A program made the position numbers and the translations under genes. From Fimbriosthenelais zetlandica (lineage: Eukaryota): 64,000 nt of DNA. The stretch covers positions 20,026,001 through 20,090,000 of the forward strand of contig OZ365112.1 in NCBI GenBank assembly GCA_977030845.1. Reading direction: 5' to 3'. This document shows, in pieces, positions 11,523 to 23,756 of this stretch (position 1 is the first letter of the stretch; each line of letters begins with the position of its first letter). The notes beneath the pieces were generated by a model. It did not search any database, had not been told where the DNA came from, and was given only the letters and a program-made list of their open reading frames with translations.

Positions 11523-14500
11523 CTAGATGTCGTGATTTACAAGGTGTACGAAGCCCATGGCGTTGAATCGATTGGAAGTGGAGCCATCTCCACTAAAAAT
11601 CACAGTGATGAGGGTTTTATCTGTAGTGGTTTTCACCATCTTGCCGATCCTTTGGTCCAACTTTCTACACATACGCTGTAAAAAAAAGAAATAGGAATTT
11701 GTCAAGTCTTTGAATTTTAAAAGGCTAATAGGTTTGAGCACAAGCCTTGAAAAGGAAATTCCCACGTAAAGTTGAAAGAACTAGGGTGGTAAAACTTATC
11801 ACCTTCTTTTCTTCATCGTCTGTCTCTTGACTAAGAGTTTTGTGGAGATGTACCACAGTAACGTCGTGTTGACTCATCTTTTCACATGCTGCTGCCACAC
11901 GTTTTTTCCCTGAGGCCACGCCAATAGTCTCACTCGCCAGATCCTTGTACCCTGCTGCTTGCTCCTCTGAACAAACCAACAAAACTGAAAAGATCGTTCA
12001 GAAAGAAATGATTACTCAATGTTTTGCAAGATAAACAGGGTAAAGATAATAGACGTGATAAAATAGGTTAATTATACAGTCAAAAAATAATATGTATTTA
12101 CCAGATTTGTTCACTTCTTTGATTACTTCGAACAAGTTCCATGTAATACTTGAACCAGGGTGTTTGAAGAATATTTCCCTTGTTGATAGGATTTTTTCCC
12201 TTTCCTCTACGCTCACCACATTAGATGGACCTCTATGTTCAGGTTCCGTTACTCTGCCTGAACCTGGGTTTGAATGTCTAGTTTCCTCTGATTTTGAAGC
12301 GGTAGATTTTGAAGATGTTCCTTCTCCGTCAAGATCTGCCGGTCTTTTTCTGCTCGGCGTAGTAGTATCTGGTACAAGTGGAGATTGGTATAGTATGACA
12401 TCTCCAAAGTCTATGCCTGAAAAACATGAGCTGATTTGAAAACCCAAGCTAGGACAGTACGAAATCAAATGTTTGAATTGTGTTCCTATCAATCGTGGAG
12501 AGGGAGAATGGAAGAATTACAAAGATTACAAAGAGCATATAATATATCTAAATATTTCCTTTCTGAATCCCATTCCCTATTCATATAATCATTTACCTTT
12601 TCGTAGTTTGAGTTGCACAAGTTTCATTGTAGTTACAGCATCTTCTACTGGGTTATGACCAAAGACTTCTGGTGACTGTATGGATATGCTAGAAGAACAA
12701 ATTTTATTTAAGAAATGCAGATATATTTCAGCTTCATGGGCATAGTAATTCTGTAGCATGTGAACAGAACTGTATACTTACCCCAGGAAATCAAGGCCCA
12801 GTTGGCGAAGGCTACATTTTCTAATCCGACTCCCAGACAAATTGAAGATGACACTTGTATCAATGACGTAGGGGTGAAACATCTGTATCAATATAGTATT
12901 ATTAATATATTAATTAAATAAGTTATAGGGTTTCAATAAGGCGACTGAGATTCAGTTCATTTGAAGTAGTTCTATTATCATTTAAGATTTAGGGGGAGAA
13001 CTTTCACTCATGGACTTACCTTCATAGCTTGTAAGTCAAGCTGGAAAGACTGACCACACAGAATGGCATCTGGAGGCAAAATTTCCCGAACTTTATCTTG
13101 AACGTCACGGATAGTTGAGGTCACGCCTTCTAAGGTCTCTTTGAATACACCGCTATATCTGAAATATTTATTTAAAAAAAAAGTAGAATGATGGTTTTGT
13201 ATTTAATTTTCAAAATTGACCAATAGTTCATTGGATATTTTGTTCACTCACCTGGTATTATAATCTAATACATCAGCTTCTGGGCGAACATGGCTTTCAT
13301 AGATCACTCTGTGATCTTCATCCACCACAGCTATCCACGCCAGGTCACTTCGACTCGCAGTTGTTTTAACCTAACAGAAAATAGACAGTAGTAATATTTA
13401 TGGTTAAAATTCTTGATACCCAGCAGGATATTGAATTATCATGTGGATAACTGTGTGCTGGCTCAGTTATAATGTATCATACTCACGAATTCACAATCTA
13501 TGGCAAACATGGGACTCTTTGACGTGACATTAGCATACTCATCCTTCGTAAAAACATAATCCTTATAATGATCTAAAAAAACAAAAGAATAATTGTCAAC
13601 ACTCTGTCAAGATGTCATCAGTTTGATTCTGATGTTTTTATCGTAGGATTGCTTACCATTTTCTACTGGGAATGGGTACTTCTCACACAACATTTGGTAC
13701 ACACTCAGGAGTAGATCAAGCCTGTTAACTACTTCCAAATCCGTCCTTGCCTCTCCTCTTTCATCCTGCTTTTCTTCTGTCTTATCCTCCTGTTTTTCCT
13801 CCTTTTTGTTCTTTTCACCCTCTATTTGTTCCGTATACAATTGATGTTGTATAATTTGTTTTTTCTTCCGACTAATGAGGCTAGTGCGGAGCCTGCCAAA
13901 CGCCTTTTCATCCATGTCCGCTGAGAAAGATAAAGGCAAAATTATAGTCTTTTTCTCTATTCCTAGCTTCAAGAACGCATTTTCATTCAGATATATCCAC
14001 AATAATAATCAATTGAAAAAGTAATATACACGAGACAGTGGAAAGGATTACATACGATATTTTCCCTTCATCATTGAATATAGCTGTTCTCTGCTCAGTG
14101 ATACCTCATACAACTCTTCCTCTATGGTACGTCCATAAAAAATTGGAGCAATTATCAGGCATTGCTGGAAGGCAGATTGAACATGTCATTATTCTCTTTT
14201 GTTTTTAGAAGATTAGAGGAACTAGCAGAGGAACATAAATAGACAAACTGCTCATCAGTTTCAAATAAGCCACTGGTGATACTTACAATATCAAACTGGT
14301 CATTTAGTTGAGGAAAACAGTCCCTATACCGCAAGAAGTCCTTGCTGGTCATGCCCTCGACACAAATAATCAGGTTTTTCTCTACTTTATTGTATCTCAA
14401 AAATGTACAAAACCTGCAAAATAATGGTCATTATAGTCAAATATGAGTAGACCCATATCCAGGTAAAACTGAGTGTATTGCTGCTAGGGTAGATAAATCT

Positions 14501-16889
14501 CATTCATAGCCTATGGATATATTTATTTTGTTATAATATACAGTGCTCCCCCCCGATACCGACCACCAAAGGGACCTAGCTGAAGTGGTCGGTTAAAGGA
14601 GGGGGTTGGTTTAAGGGGGGATGGGGGCGTGGTCGTCATCAATAATCAATGCCGACCAAAATAATTTATGGAAAGTTAAATCAGTCAAAAGAAATTAATA
14701 TATAGCCACAAAATATTCAAAATAATTTAAACAGATCTATTTGTTCAGAATTCCATGAAAACAAAATGAACAAAAATGAATAAAATTATTCAAATCTATA
14801 TAGTAAGGATTATTATACCCCTTTGAAGCCATTTCCCCGCCTGGCGCGACGGAGTAGACAATGGAGGGATTAGTGTGGCTATATGAAGGACTACCTGGTA
14901 CCCTACCCACCCCCCCCCCCCCCCCCCCCACCCCAACAATGGATGAGTTAGCCTATTGTCTTTGACCGCGACGCATTGTTTTCCATTGGTGTTTAAAATC
15001 ACAGTAGATATTTTTCTTCAAACAAAATTCATTCCGAATATTTCCAGGGCTAATTCATGTGACGTTATATACAAGACAATTCTCTCTTTTTTCTTTGAAG
15101 TAACCTCGTCATAATTATAGACAGAAAACTTAGCAGATATTAACACAAATTGAACCAAAATATTTTTCAGGGAGACTTGGCTTGTAGGACAATAAAATGG
15201 TACGATTATGTGGGATTGGAGGAGAGGGGGTTGTGGAAAGAGTTAGAACATGTTTGTGTATATCCCACATTATTTTTCTCCTGTCCCCACCTTGAGCACA
15301 GTAATTAAGTGCGTTGATCTACAGGGAGATTAACCACTGAACCAACATGCCACCGATGGTCATTCTGTCGGCCGACTACAGTTGAGCCGTCCTCTTTGAT
15401 GTCCAGGTCAGAATATGGTCGGTTAAAGGGGGAAAATTTCTAACGATTTTCCCATTTTGGACCGAAAAAAGTGGTCGGTAACCGGAATAGGGGGGTGGTC
15501 GGTTTAAGGGAGGATAGCTATATTGAAATATATAAGGAAAAAAACGGGACCGGGCAAAAATGGTCGGTTAGAGGAGGTGGTCGGCTGGAGGGGGTGGTCG
15601 GATGGGGAGGGAGCACTGTAATCTTAACAATTCACCTTGGTTTGAAACTGCTTTTATTTCCTTGGATGGGTTGCAGGAAGACATATTGTATATCCGCGAG
15701 GAAAAGTAGAGGTAGGTCTTTATCAGGTAACATACTTTTAGTCTCCTTCATGTTACATATCTGAAAATTCGGTTTCATAAAGATTTTTCCCCGTTGCTGA
15801 AAGGAAAGAGAATAGAACCACAGGGGTTAGTCTGTGGTAGGACTTAAAGATAACATGGACAAGGTCAAGGAATGAGGTTTCAAATGATCTGCGAACCTAA
15901 AATACTTACAATTACACTTACTTATTATTGGTTAGTCAATTTAATATATCACACCAGGAGGTAGGCTAGGCCTTATATGGTAGGCTATATTTAATTATAG
16001 CCTACTAATTAATAGGGCTTCTATAGGTCTATTTTTCATTTTCAGGAATAACATATAGCCTTTCTAATAAGCCTATAATAGTCATATTTAGGCCTACCAT
16101 ACTCCTTTTTTGTCGTTCTATCATTTTTCGCCTCATCTCTGCTAATTCTGGGTCTCTATTACTGTCTGCGGCAGGCTTATCTGTGCCTTCCTTTCCTTTC
16201 ACATCTAGAACTTCGGCTTCCCGAGTTCGTCCTTCGCTTGTTTCCTGGCTTGTTTTCTGAAATGGTGTGAACAGGTGTGTGAACAGGTAAGCAGAATCTA
16301 TAGGCCTACTGGTAGACAATGTGATCAGCTCCTTACCCCGGGCGGGTAAGGGACACACACAATTTAAAAGACCCCATAAAATTGATTTCGGGATTTTATT
16401 GGGTTTTTTGACAAAAACAACATTTTAAAGCCCTGACTGTAGGCTACTCTGAATAATTGAAGGTGAATCGGAACCAAAATAAAAAGTTTTTTGGCCTAAA
16501 TATTTATAAAACAATTTTAATTCGGCCGACCCATGGTTTTCCAGAATAAAATCGTAAAATAAAAAAAAATTAGTGCCGACCTACCGGCTGAAATTCTTTT
16601 ATTTTTCATGTTACCCCAAATAAATGCATTTTTTGTTTGGCCTTATATAGATCTATATAGGCTATTATAGCTGCTACACAAGAGATCTTTTTGCTGCGGC
16701 CTGCGCCCTGTCTCTGGCAAATTCTGTGACTAGACTAGAGAGAAATTAGGTTAAGTGTACCGTAACTGTTGGTAGGCCTACCTTTCGTTTTTTGCCGCGT
16801 CCTTCCTTGTCATTTTCTTCCGCCAGTCTCAGGTAAGTTTCAATCTTCCTCTTCTTTGATTCGAGTCTTTTCATCTGAGCTCGCCTCAT
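11523..16889 (-). CDS. REXO5: DEDDh 3'-5' RNA exonuclease, REXO5/REXO1-family (compact invertebrate type), about 14 exons
   Basis: Phase-consistent exons 16889..16782, 16256..16098, 15760..15636, 14413..14287, 14164..14056, 13920..13657, 13572..13487, 13370..13252, then exons near 13140, 12880, 12690, 12450, 11975 and 11666. ExoI MFAIDCEF, ExoII CGQSFQLDL, HPYVIDTSVIFN, ExoIII GHNPVEDA and GIDFGDVI are present. The N-terminal IICVEGMTSKDFLRY resembles REXO5. Orthology within the family is from memory. Confidence 0.82.
14541..15618. mobile_element. Non-autonomous Tc1/mariner-superfamily (pogo/Tigger-like) MITE in a REXO5 intron
   Basis: TA|CAGTGCTCCC...CGACCACC at 14541 is inverted to GGTGGTCGG...GGGAGCACTG|TA at 15618. 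TA target-site duplication, many subterminal GGTCGG repeats, no transposase ORF. Confidence 0.8.
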
Positions 16890-16966
16890 GGTGTTTCCCC
16901 TAGGCGATAATAGGGGATCTCGGATGATTCACGCGTGCTTCAAGCGGACAGGAGTGGTACTCTTCG

Positions 16967-17312
16967 CGGCGGCCATCTTGAAAAGCTTTAGTTCCCGAAT
17001 CTTCCGTCGATCAACAAGGCTTAAGTGAGAGAGGGCGCTACAGGGATCGATCTGAACCGGCGATAGGGTTAGTTTTTCGCCTCTATCTAGGAGTAGAATC
17101 AGCTTAATTTATTGTTTACTTTTTTAGTAGGAGGCCTTCAAGTGGATGGTAATGAAGCGACGCTACCGCCTTCCCAGTAGGCGGCGAAAAGCTGAACTGA
17201 GGTTTCTGCCATCCGGTAAACACGGCGGCCATCTTGAAAATCATTAGTTCCCGAATCTTCCGTCAATTAACAAGGCTTAAGTGGGAGAGGGCGCTACAGG
17301 ATCGATCTGAAC
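16967..17312. repeat. Direct duplication of a ~90-bp promoter segment upstream of REXO5
   Basis: 16967..17058 and 17223..17312 both read CGGCGGCCATCTTGAAAA..TTAGTTCCCGAATCTTCCGTC..AACAAGGCTTAAGTG.GAGAGGGCGCTACAGG.ATCGATCTGAAC. Each contains a YY1-type CAAGATGGCCGCC on the minus strand. Confidence 0.85.
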
Positions 17313-17917
17313 TGGAGGTCCGCTAACCGGAAGTTCTGTTAGGAAAACAGTTCTGACTTCCGCCATCACAAAGAGCTGTCAAAAACAAAGATTATCACGT
17401 CAGTTGACCCCAGAAAACCCATTGATCGTGTTTTTGTCATAAGGATCTGTAAGTATTTACTACATTCACATCGTTGGCGAAGCAATGTTCTTTCTATCTG
17501 CAATTCTGAGTATCTTTATTCAAAAGGATATTCGCAAAATTTAGAATATCTAATCTGATCATTGTCTGAACTTCAGTCTGACTCTGACAAGCAAGGCAAA
17601 GGCTACTGAATCAACCATCTGATTATTCCTCTAAATGTATTTATATTAGTTTAAGCTGATCCTAGAGGCCTATGTAAATAGGTCAAGTCAATAAACTGCA
17701 AAGTGTGTGTAAGGGTTGTGGGTTGAGAGGCGGGTATGACTATGCCTACGCGTATCTCCCTCTGCACTAGTAGGCTAGTAGTCTATATACTTAGTAGATA
17801 GTATACTATCCTTGGTAGTACGCACAGAAGTAGAGAGACTACTTCTATGGTAGTACGGTAGTAGATCTCCTGCAGTGCAGAGTATCCATCTCCTTGGGCT
17901 TGGTAGCCTATACCTAT

Positions 17918-19596
17918 TTATTATACCCCTCCTACTGACAGCCCATAGGAATAACATTGGTGATCTGTAGGCCACGACCCGTGGCCTAACAATATCTGTA
18001 GGCCACGGGTTCTGTAGGCCACGGGTTGTAAATAGTTCCGGTTTGTAAGGCGGTGCTCCACAGCCTTACAGCCTCGAAGCCACTGACTGAATTTTTGAAA
18101 TTCTGAAATACCAACCTTTAATTTAGGAAAATCCGTGTAAAACGGTGTTTATAAGTCTCTCAGAGCCATTATCGTGCACTCTTCCGCTTTTTGGGCCACG
18201 GCATGACAGGAAAACAACGTCACTTGCGCCATGACAACGTCGTAGGTCATGGCGTTGTCATGGCGCATGTGACGTTGTTTTCCTATCATACCGTGGCCCA
18301 AAAGTAATTTCAAGCTTCGATTACACAATATTTAATTAATAATTTTAATCTATTAAACTTTTATATAACCTATCTGTTTATAATTAAGACTAATTACCAA
18401 TAATAAAGCGAAATTGGGTAGAGATATCTGGAACTATTTTCCAACGATGCATGAGACATGATAAGTTGAAGAGAATTTAGCCCGGCCTCCAGAGAGTTTC
18501 GGGAGTGAAAGAAGCTAAAAAATTAGCTCAGATTATCAAAATAAAATATTTGTGTATGTTTTCATAAATCTTTTATGGACTTGTTAATTTATAAGGGGTA
18601 TAATAAATACAAAACATCCCGGGAAAACATAAGCGGGGCTGTAGGCACCCTCGGTCCCGTCGGACTGATTTCCCTCGACTTCGTCTCGGGAAATCAATCC
18701 GCCGGGACCTCGGGGCCTACCGCCCCGCTTATGTTTTCCCGGGATGTTTTGTGTTATTATTATACCCCTCCTACTGACAGCCCATAGGAATAACATTGAT
18801 GATCTGTATGCCACTACCCGTGGCCTAACAATATCTGTAGGCCACGGGTTCTGTAGGCCACGGGTTGTAAATAGTTCCGGTTAGTGAGGCGGTGCTCCAC
18901 AGCCTTACAGCCTCGAAGCCACTGACTGAATTTTTGAAATTGTGAAATACCAACCTTTAATTTAGGAAAAGCCGTGTTTATAAGTCTCTCTGAGCCATTC
19001 TCGTGCACTCTTCCGCTTAGTTTTATTACTTTTGTGCCACGGCATGACAGGAAAACAACGTCACTTGCGCCATGACAACGTCGTAGGTCATGGCGTTGTC
19101 ATGGCGCATGTGACGTTGTTTTCCTGTCATACCGTGGCCCAAAAGTAATTTGAAGCTTTGATTACACAATATTTAATTAATAATTTTAATCTATTAAACT
19201 TTTATATAACCTATCTGTTTATAATTAAGGCTAATTAAATATAATAAAGCGAAATAGGGTAGAAATATCTTGAACTATTTTCCAACGATGCATGAGACAT
19301 GCTGAGCGGAAGAGAATTTACCCCGGCCTCCAGAGAGTTTCGGGAGTGAAGGAAGCTAAAAAATTAGCTCAGATTATCAAAATAAAATATTTGTGTATGT
19401 TTTCATTAATATTTTATAGACTTGTTAATTTATAAGGGGTATAATAAATACAAAACATCCCGGGAAAACATAAGCGGGGTGGAAGGCACCCTCGGTCCCG
19501 TCGGACCGATTTCCCTCGACTTCGTCTCGGGAAATCAATCCGCCGGGACCTCGGGGCCTACCGCCCCGCTTATGTTTTCCCGGGATGTTTTGTGTT
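17918..19596. mobile_element. Head-to-tail tandem duplication (2 x ~839 bp) of a palindrome-rich non-autonomous element
   Basis: Units 17918..18756 and 18757..19596 are highly similar. Each has TTATTATACCCCT...AGGGGTATAATAA inverted motifs, an internal ~115-bp palindrome (18188..18304; 19032..19144) and a second large palindrome (18594..18769; 19435..19596). No coding capacity. Confidence 0.8.
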
Positions 19597-19643
19597 AATA
19601 GTTGGCTAGTACTCCAGTATAGTGCAGAGCCAGCGGGAGATAG

Positions 19644-19673
19644 CCCCCCCCCCCCCCCCCCCCCCCCCCCCCC
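19644..19673. repeat. Poly-C tract (30 nt; G30 on the minus strand)
   Basis: Direct observation. A second C20 run lies at 14910..14929. Confidence 0.9.
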
Positions 19674-19965
19674 ACCTCCTCGCTCTGCACTGCCACTGGC
19701 CAATGTCCTGAGACTGAACCTGTGTGTTGGGGATGATGTTGGTGTCTAGGCCCAAAGATACTAATAAATTATATTAGTATCTTTGCTAGGCCTATAGGCC
19801 TAATTTAATATAATTTAATATATTTAATTTAATATAGGCTAATATGGCATAGGGATAGGCCTAACTCCAGTTGGCATGATTGACGGGGTTTGGGGGGCGT
19901 GGTGCCCGATCACCATTGCATGTTAATTAAGCTCGAACCCTTGGTTTTCTTCTGTTGTTCAGAAC

Positions 19966-21294
19966 ATGGCTTATGTCAATGTGAAGGACGATACTGATGA
20001 CAAGCTTCATCTGGCGAGGGAACCCAGCAGCAGATCTTGGGGTGTTGCTATAGGTAGGAAAATAAAACTTAATGTGGCATTTTAAAATCAATTACGGTGG
20101 GATGTGAACTCCCAGAGCTCAGCAATGTTTAATTCCTTATTTTTTTTCATTTGAAGGTTTGGTTGCCCTCGGACTCGGTGCAGCATACTACAGCTCTGGT
20201 GAGTATTAACACAGACCTAACCTATATAAAATGGGCTAGGCCTATCCATTTCCTGGTATCAACAAATTCATCCATCACATTGATAGCACCCTTCTTAAGA
20301 CTGTGCTTGTTTTTTAACTGAAAGTTTCTCCATTTTTAGATGATATGATATGGAAGATAGCTTATGTATCTGGAGCCGTCTTCATTGGACTAACGTGCAT
20401 GGAAGATTGGGAGGTAAGCTGTTATGATCCCTGTAATATGCATCTTTAAGAGTTTATATGAATTATTTATATCTACGTTTTTATAAATTATAATTTTGAT
20501 AAATTGATGGATCCGATTTCCCCTTAGGATTGCATTCTGGATAAATCTAGTGGATTGGTGACCATCAAGAAGCAGAGTCTTATCCAGAAAGTTTTCCAGG
20601 CCACCCAGGGGCAGCGCATGGGTAAAGAGATTTCTTTACTTTAATTAGATACAAAAGAAGAAATCCGAAACATGACTTTCAGACCTGTCATGTCAAGAGA
20701 AATGCGCGTTGTATTTATTTTCGTGATTACTTAGTTTTGTTATTTTAAAATTATTAATTAAATGTACTACTTGCAGTGGTGGCCCAGCTGGAAGACCTGA
20801 ATAGAGTGAGTGTGCAGGAGGAGGAGATTTCTCGTGGTAACATGGGTTATGTAGTTGTACTTCATTTCTCTCAGGGATACGACCTTGGCGTCACCGAAAC
20901 CGTCACAGCAGGTGATAAAAGGTCGGTGTAAGCTTTATTGTTTCGTAATGTAAAAGGTGGACTTATCGTTTTTTTTTGGTCATGAATTTTCTGAATATTT
21001 CTTTTCCACTTCAGTGAGCATGAAAGAGTGGCTGCTAAGATAAGAAACTTCCTTAATCTCGTGGAAACCGATGCCACGACACCCATGTCAGAGGTCGGTC
21101 CCATTGACGACAATTGTTCCACAACTTCTGATGAGAGTTTTGAGAAAATAGACTCGGCAGAGCTTGCCGCTGCAGAGGAGGAACTGGCTAAATCTGAGTC
21201 TAAAAGTTTACCCACGGAGGAACAAAAGCAGCCACCCCCTCCTGAAGCAGAAGAGGAAAAAGTAGAAAGCGCTGAAGAAAGTGGTAAGGCATGA
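19966..21294 (+). CDS. CYBC1: Cytochrome b-245 chaperone 1 (EROS/C17orf62), 240 aa, 6 exons
   Basis: join(19966..20053, 20157..20198, 20340..20413, 20528..20621, 20777..20921, 21015..21294), in phase. MAYVNVK..KLHLAREPSSRSW, GLGAAYYS, MEDWEDCILDKSSG and VSVQEEE..GYVVVLHF match EROS. Extended acidic tail. Confidence 0.92.
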
Positions 21295-23539
21295 TATGTC
21301 AAAAGGAGTCTATATTAAATTATTCAAATAATTCATTATTTAGCTTTAAAAATGAGTAAAATATATTAACGTTCAAAAACGTATATCACTGGCACTATGG
21401 TAATTTCAAGCAGAAAATATTTTAAAATTGGCTAAAAATCACTTTGGTGGAGCCATAGAATCTAGGCATGTATGGGTAATGCTTGTAATATTCATCGGTG
21501 CAGATATTGGATATTGTCTGTTCATATTCCTAACGTTCCGGGGTTATTTGGGGAGAACAAGCCTGGTGTTCTATTAATATGTAGGCCTACTCAGTAGATG
21601 TAGTGAAAATAGAACTGGTTTCTATCCCTCTTTTGTGTTCATTTTAAAATGTTATAATTTAAGTCCTACTTTGTGATAATCTTTAAAATATTTATGTATA
21701 TCTTAAAATGCCTTGTACATGTTATGTACATGAATTATTATTTGATTTCATATCTTGAAATTATTCAAGGTTTAGGTACGGTAATTAATAATTATGTCTC
21801 TTAGTATAGCCGAATCTCAGGATTACCACCCTAGTGTGCCCTTCTGAGTACTTTATCCCTTTGAATAAATATGTTTATCAAAGTGTTTCTAGTAATCAGA
21901 AAAAAATCCTATGTAAAGTAATTAGATTTTAAATAGCACTTCTACATTGATACGCATCCGCTCTGTAGAAATGCTCAAAATTGCGTGGACCTTTAATACG
22001 CAGGCTCCCTGAAGTCTCTAATATTAAAATTGCCTGCAATTATATCGTTAATACTCTACATAATATGTTTTAACCCAGATTAAATTAGCTCAATGAATTG
22101 TAATACGTACATGTCATAGACATCTGCACGCCTTTGTGAGACAAGACGTTTTATTTACTTTTAACAGTTATTACATCTCATGAGTTTTTTGACCCAATGG
22201 AGATTTCTTGAAGTTCCTATAAAAGGAGGTCTTTATTGAGCAAAAGTGTGTTTCACATATGAAAATGTTAATACTTTAGGTCTAATGGATTAGATATTGT
22301 CTTTGAATGTCACCAAATACATTCCGGTCGTTCCCTGTTACATGTATACTAAAACAACGTGTTGGCTACCATGTCTATGCTAATGCACCCGTTCTGTTAT
22401 CGTTTCTTGTGAGTATACATGTATAATTATATGATATGCACGTTGAGAGAGTGAAATGTGGTAGATTTCTATTTATAATATGGTAGAATATTTCTACTGT
22501 AGAATTCTTAAACAGTAAGGACCGCGGGTGACTGCAAGTGTCTGGTGAAAAGCGTTTTTTTGCATTCCAGTCAATGCAATTCTTGTCCAATTTCAGCGAA
22601 AAATTCGTTTAGTATTGTGTTTTAGTAGAGCAGGCCTTCAAGTGTTTATAAACTGCAATTAAATGTATTGTAATGTACTGTGGTTTAACTAGTGAAAAAT
22701 TACATCATTCCAAAGATAGCTTGTTGATAATTGTAGAGTGGTGTGTCTTGAGATATCCATATTGTTCTTTTTGAAGATGGATTTTATTGAAGTAAATTTA
22801 CCATCTCATTTTCTTAATTCCTTTTGTTTTGGAGTTCCTTTTTGTCAAATAATATTACTGTCCCCGGGAAGAAAAATTTGTTCCTATTTGCAATAGATTG
22901 TGATCTCTCATAAGGCAGAAATAATAAGTGTAATATAGGCCCTCATGATTATAAGTCTTGTATCTAGTCCACTCAAATCAGTGCTGTTTAACAAAACATT
23001 GTGCTATGTAGGCTACTGCCGTGGTACTGACTTACATATAGCGAGATGTTGTTTATGATGTTTATTTGATACCAAAAGCTATGGAAATAATAACGCCCCA
23101 TTTTTGTGTTCATGACAAGACAATAAACATTCCTAAACACCGGTGATATTAATATTAGGAAAAGTGTTTCGAACATGTAAGGCTACATTTAGGTTTTCAT
23201 TTATCTGCCACATATTTATAGGCCCATTTATGGTCCATGTCACTTTTTTTGTTTTACTTTTGAGGTTTATAGGTGGAACGACAGGGGAATCTTATTGTGC
23301 TTAAACCTTTCCCTGACTGTTGTATATGATTCTATCAAGAACCAATAAATAAAGTGCTTATACAAATAATTGACCTTATTCTGTTTTATTTTCTTGATTA
23401 AATCTTCTATCCTGATCATCCACCAACTGATTTTTACGCTATTCTCAATACACAGGTACAGCTCTACACTAAACTATGGCGGGAAGACGCCCCTTGCCCC
23501 TCGCTCCTGCCACCTTGGAGCCACCACGGAAACCATCCG

Positions 23540-23611
23540 GTCACATGATGAATTTTAACCAATCAGAAGGCGCGTTACATTGTGTTCGGAAAAGGAAGTG
23601 AGTGCGCATGC
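23540..23611 (+). promoter_or_regulatory. WIPI2 proximal promoter motifs (CLEAR/E-box-like, CCAAT, ETS, NRF1-like)
   Basis: GTCACATGA 23540-23548, AACCAATCAG 23557-23566, GGAAGTG 23594-23600 and TGCGCATGC 23603-23611 are clustered 150-220 bp upstream of the ATG. Confidence 0.5.
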
Positions 23612-23756
23612 TTCCTGTGCCAGCAGCTGCTCCAGCCACAACAAACTCCAGAATGAGAACAAATTGTAGTGTTTATCTCTTGAAATCCATGGATTCCTAA
23701 CGTTTTTCACCACGGATTACGTTTATGATAGTGTGCAGTCTGGCTTCACTGCCATT

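Noticed and set aside
16360-16646. Fragments ending TTTTTGGCCT(T)A with CCGACCTACC, resembling common invertebrate MITE ends
   Set aside because: No matching left terminus found, so boundaries cannot be defined.
17144-17214. SECIS or hammerhead interpretation of the promoter hairpin
   Set aside because: No apical AA after helix II, not in a 3' UTR, and the CUGANGA/GAAA core with three stems is not satisfied.
17775-19703. Short ORFs in the tandem element (MAYRS..., QNIPGKHKRGGRPRG...)
   Set aside because: By-products of palindromic GC-rich repeat sequence, with frames not preserved between copies; no transposase or recombinase motifs.
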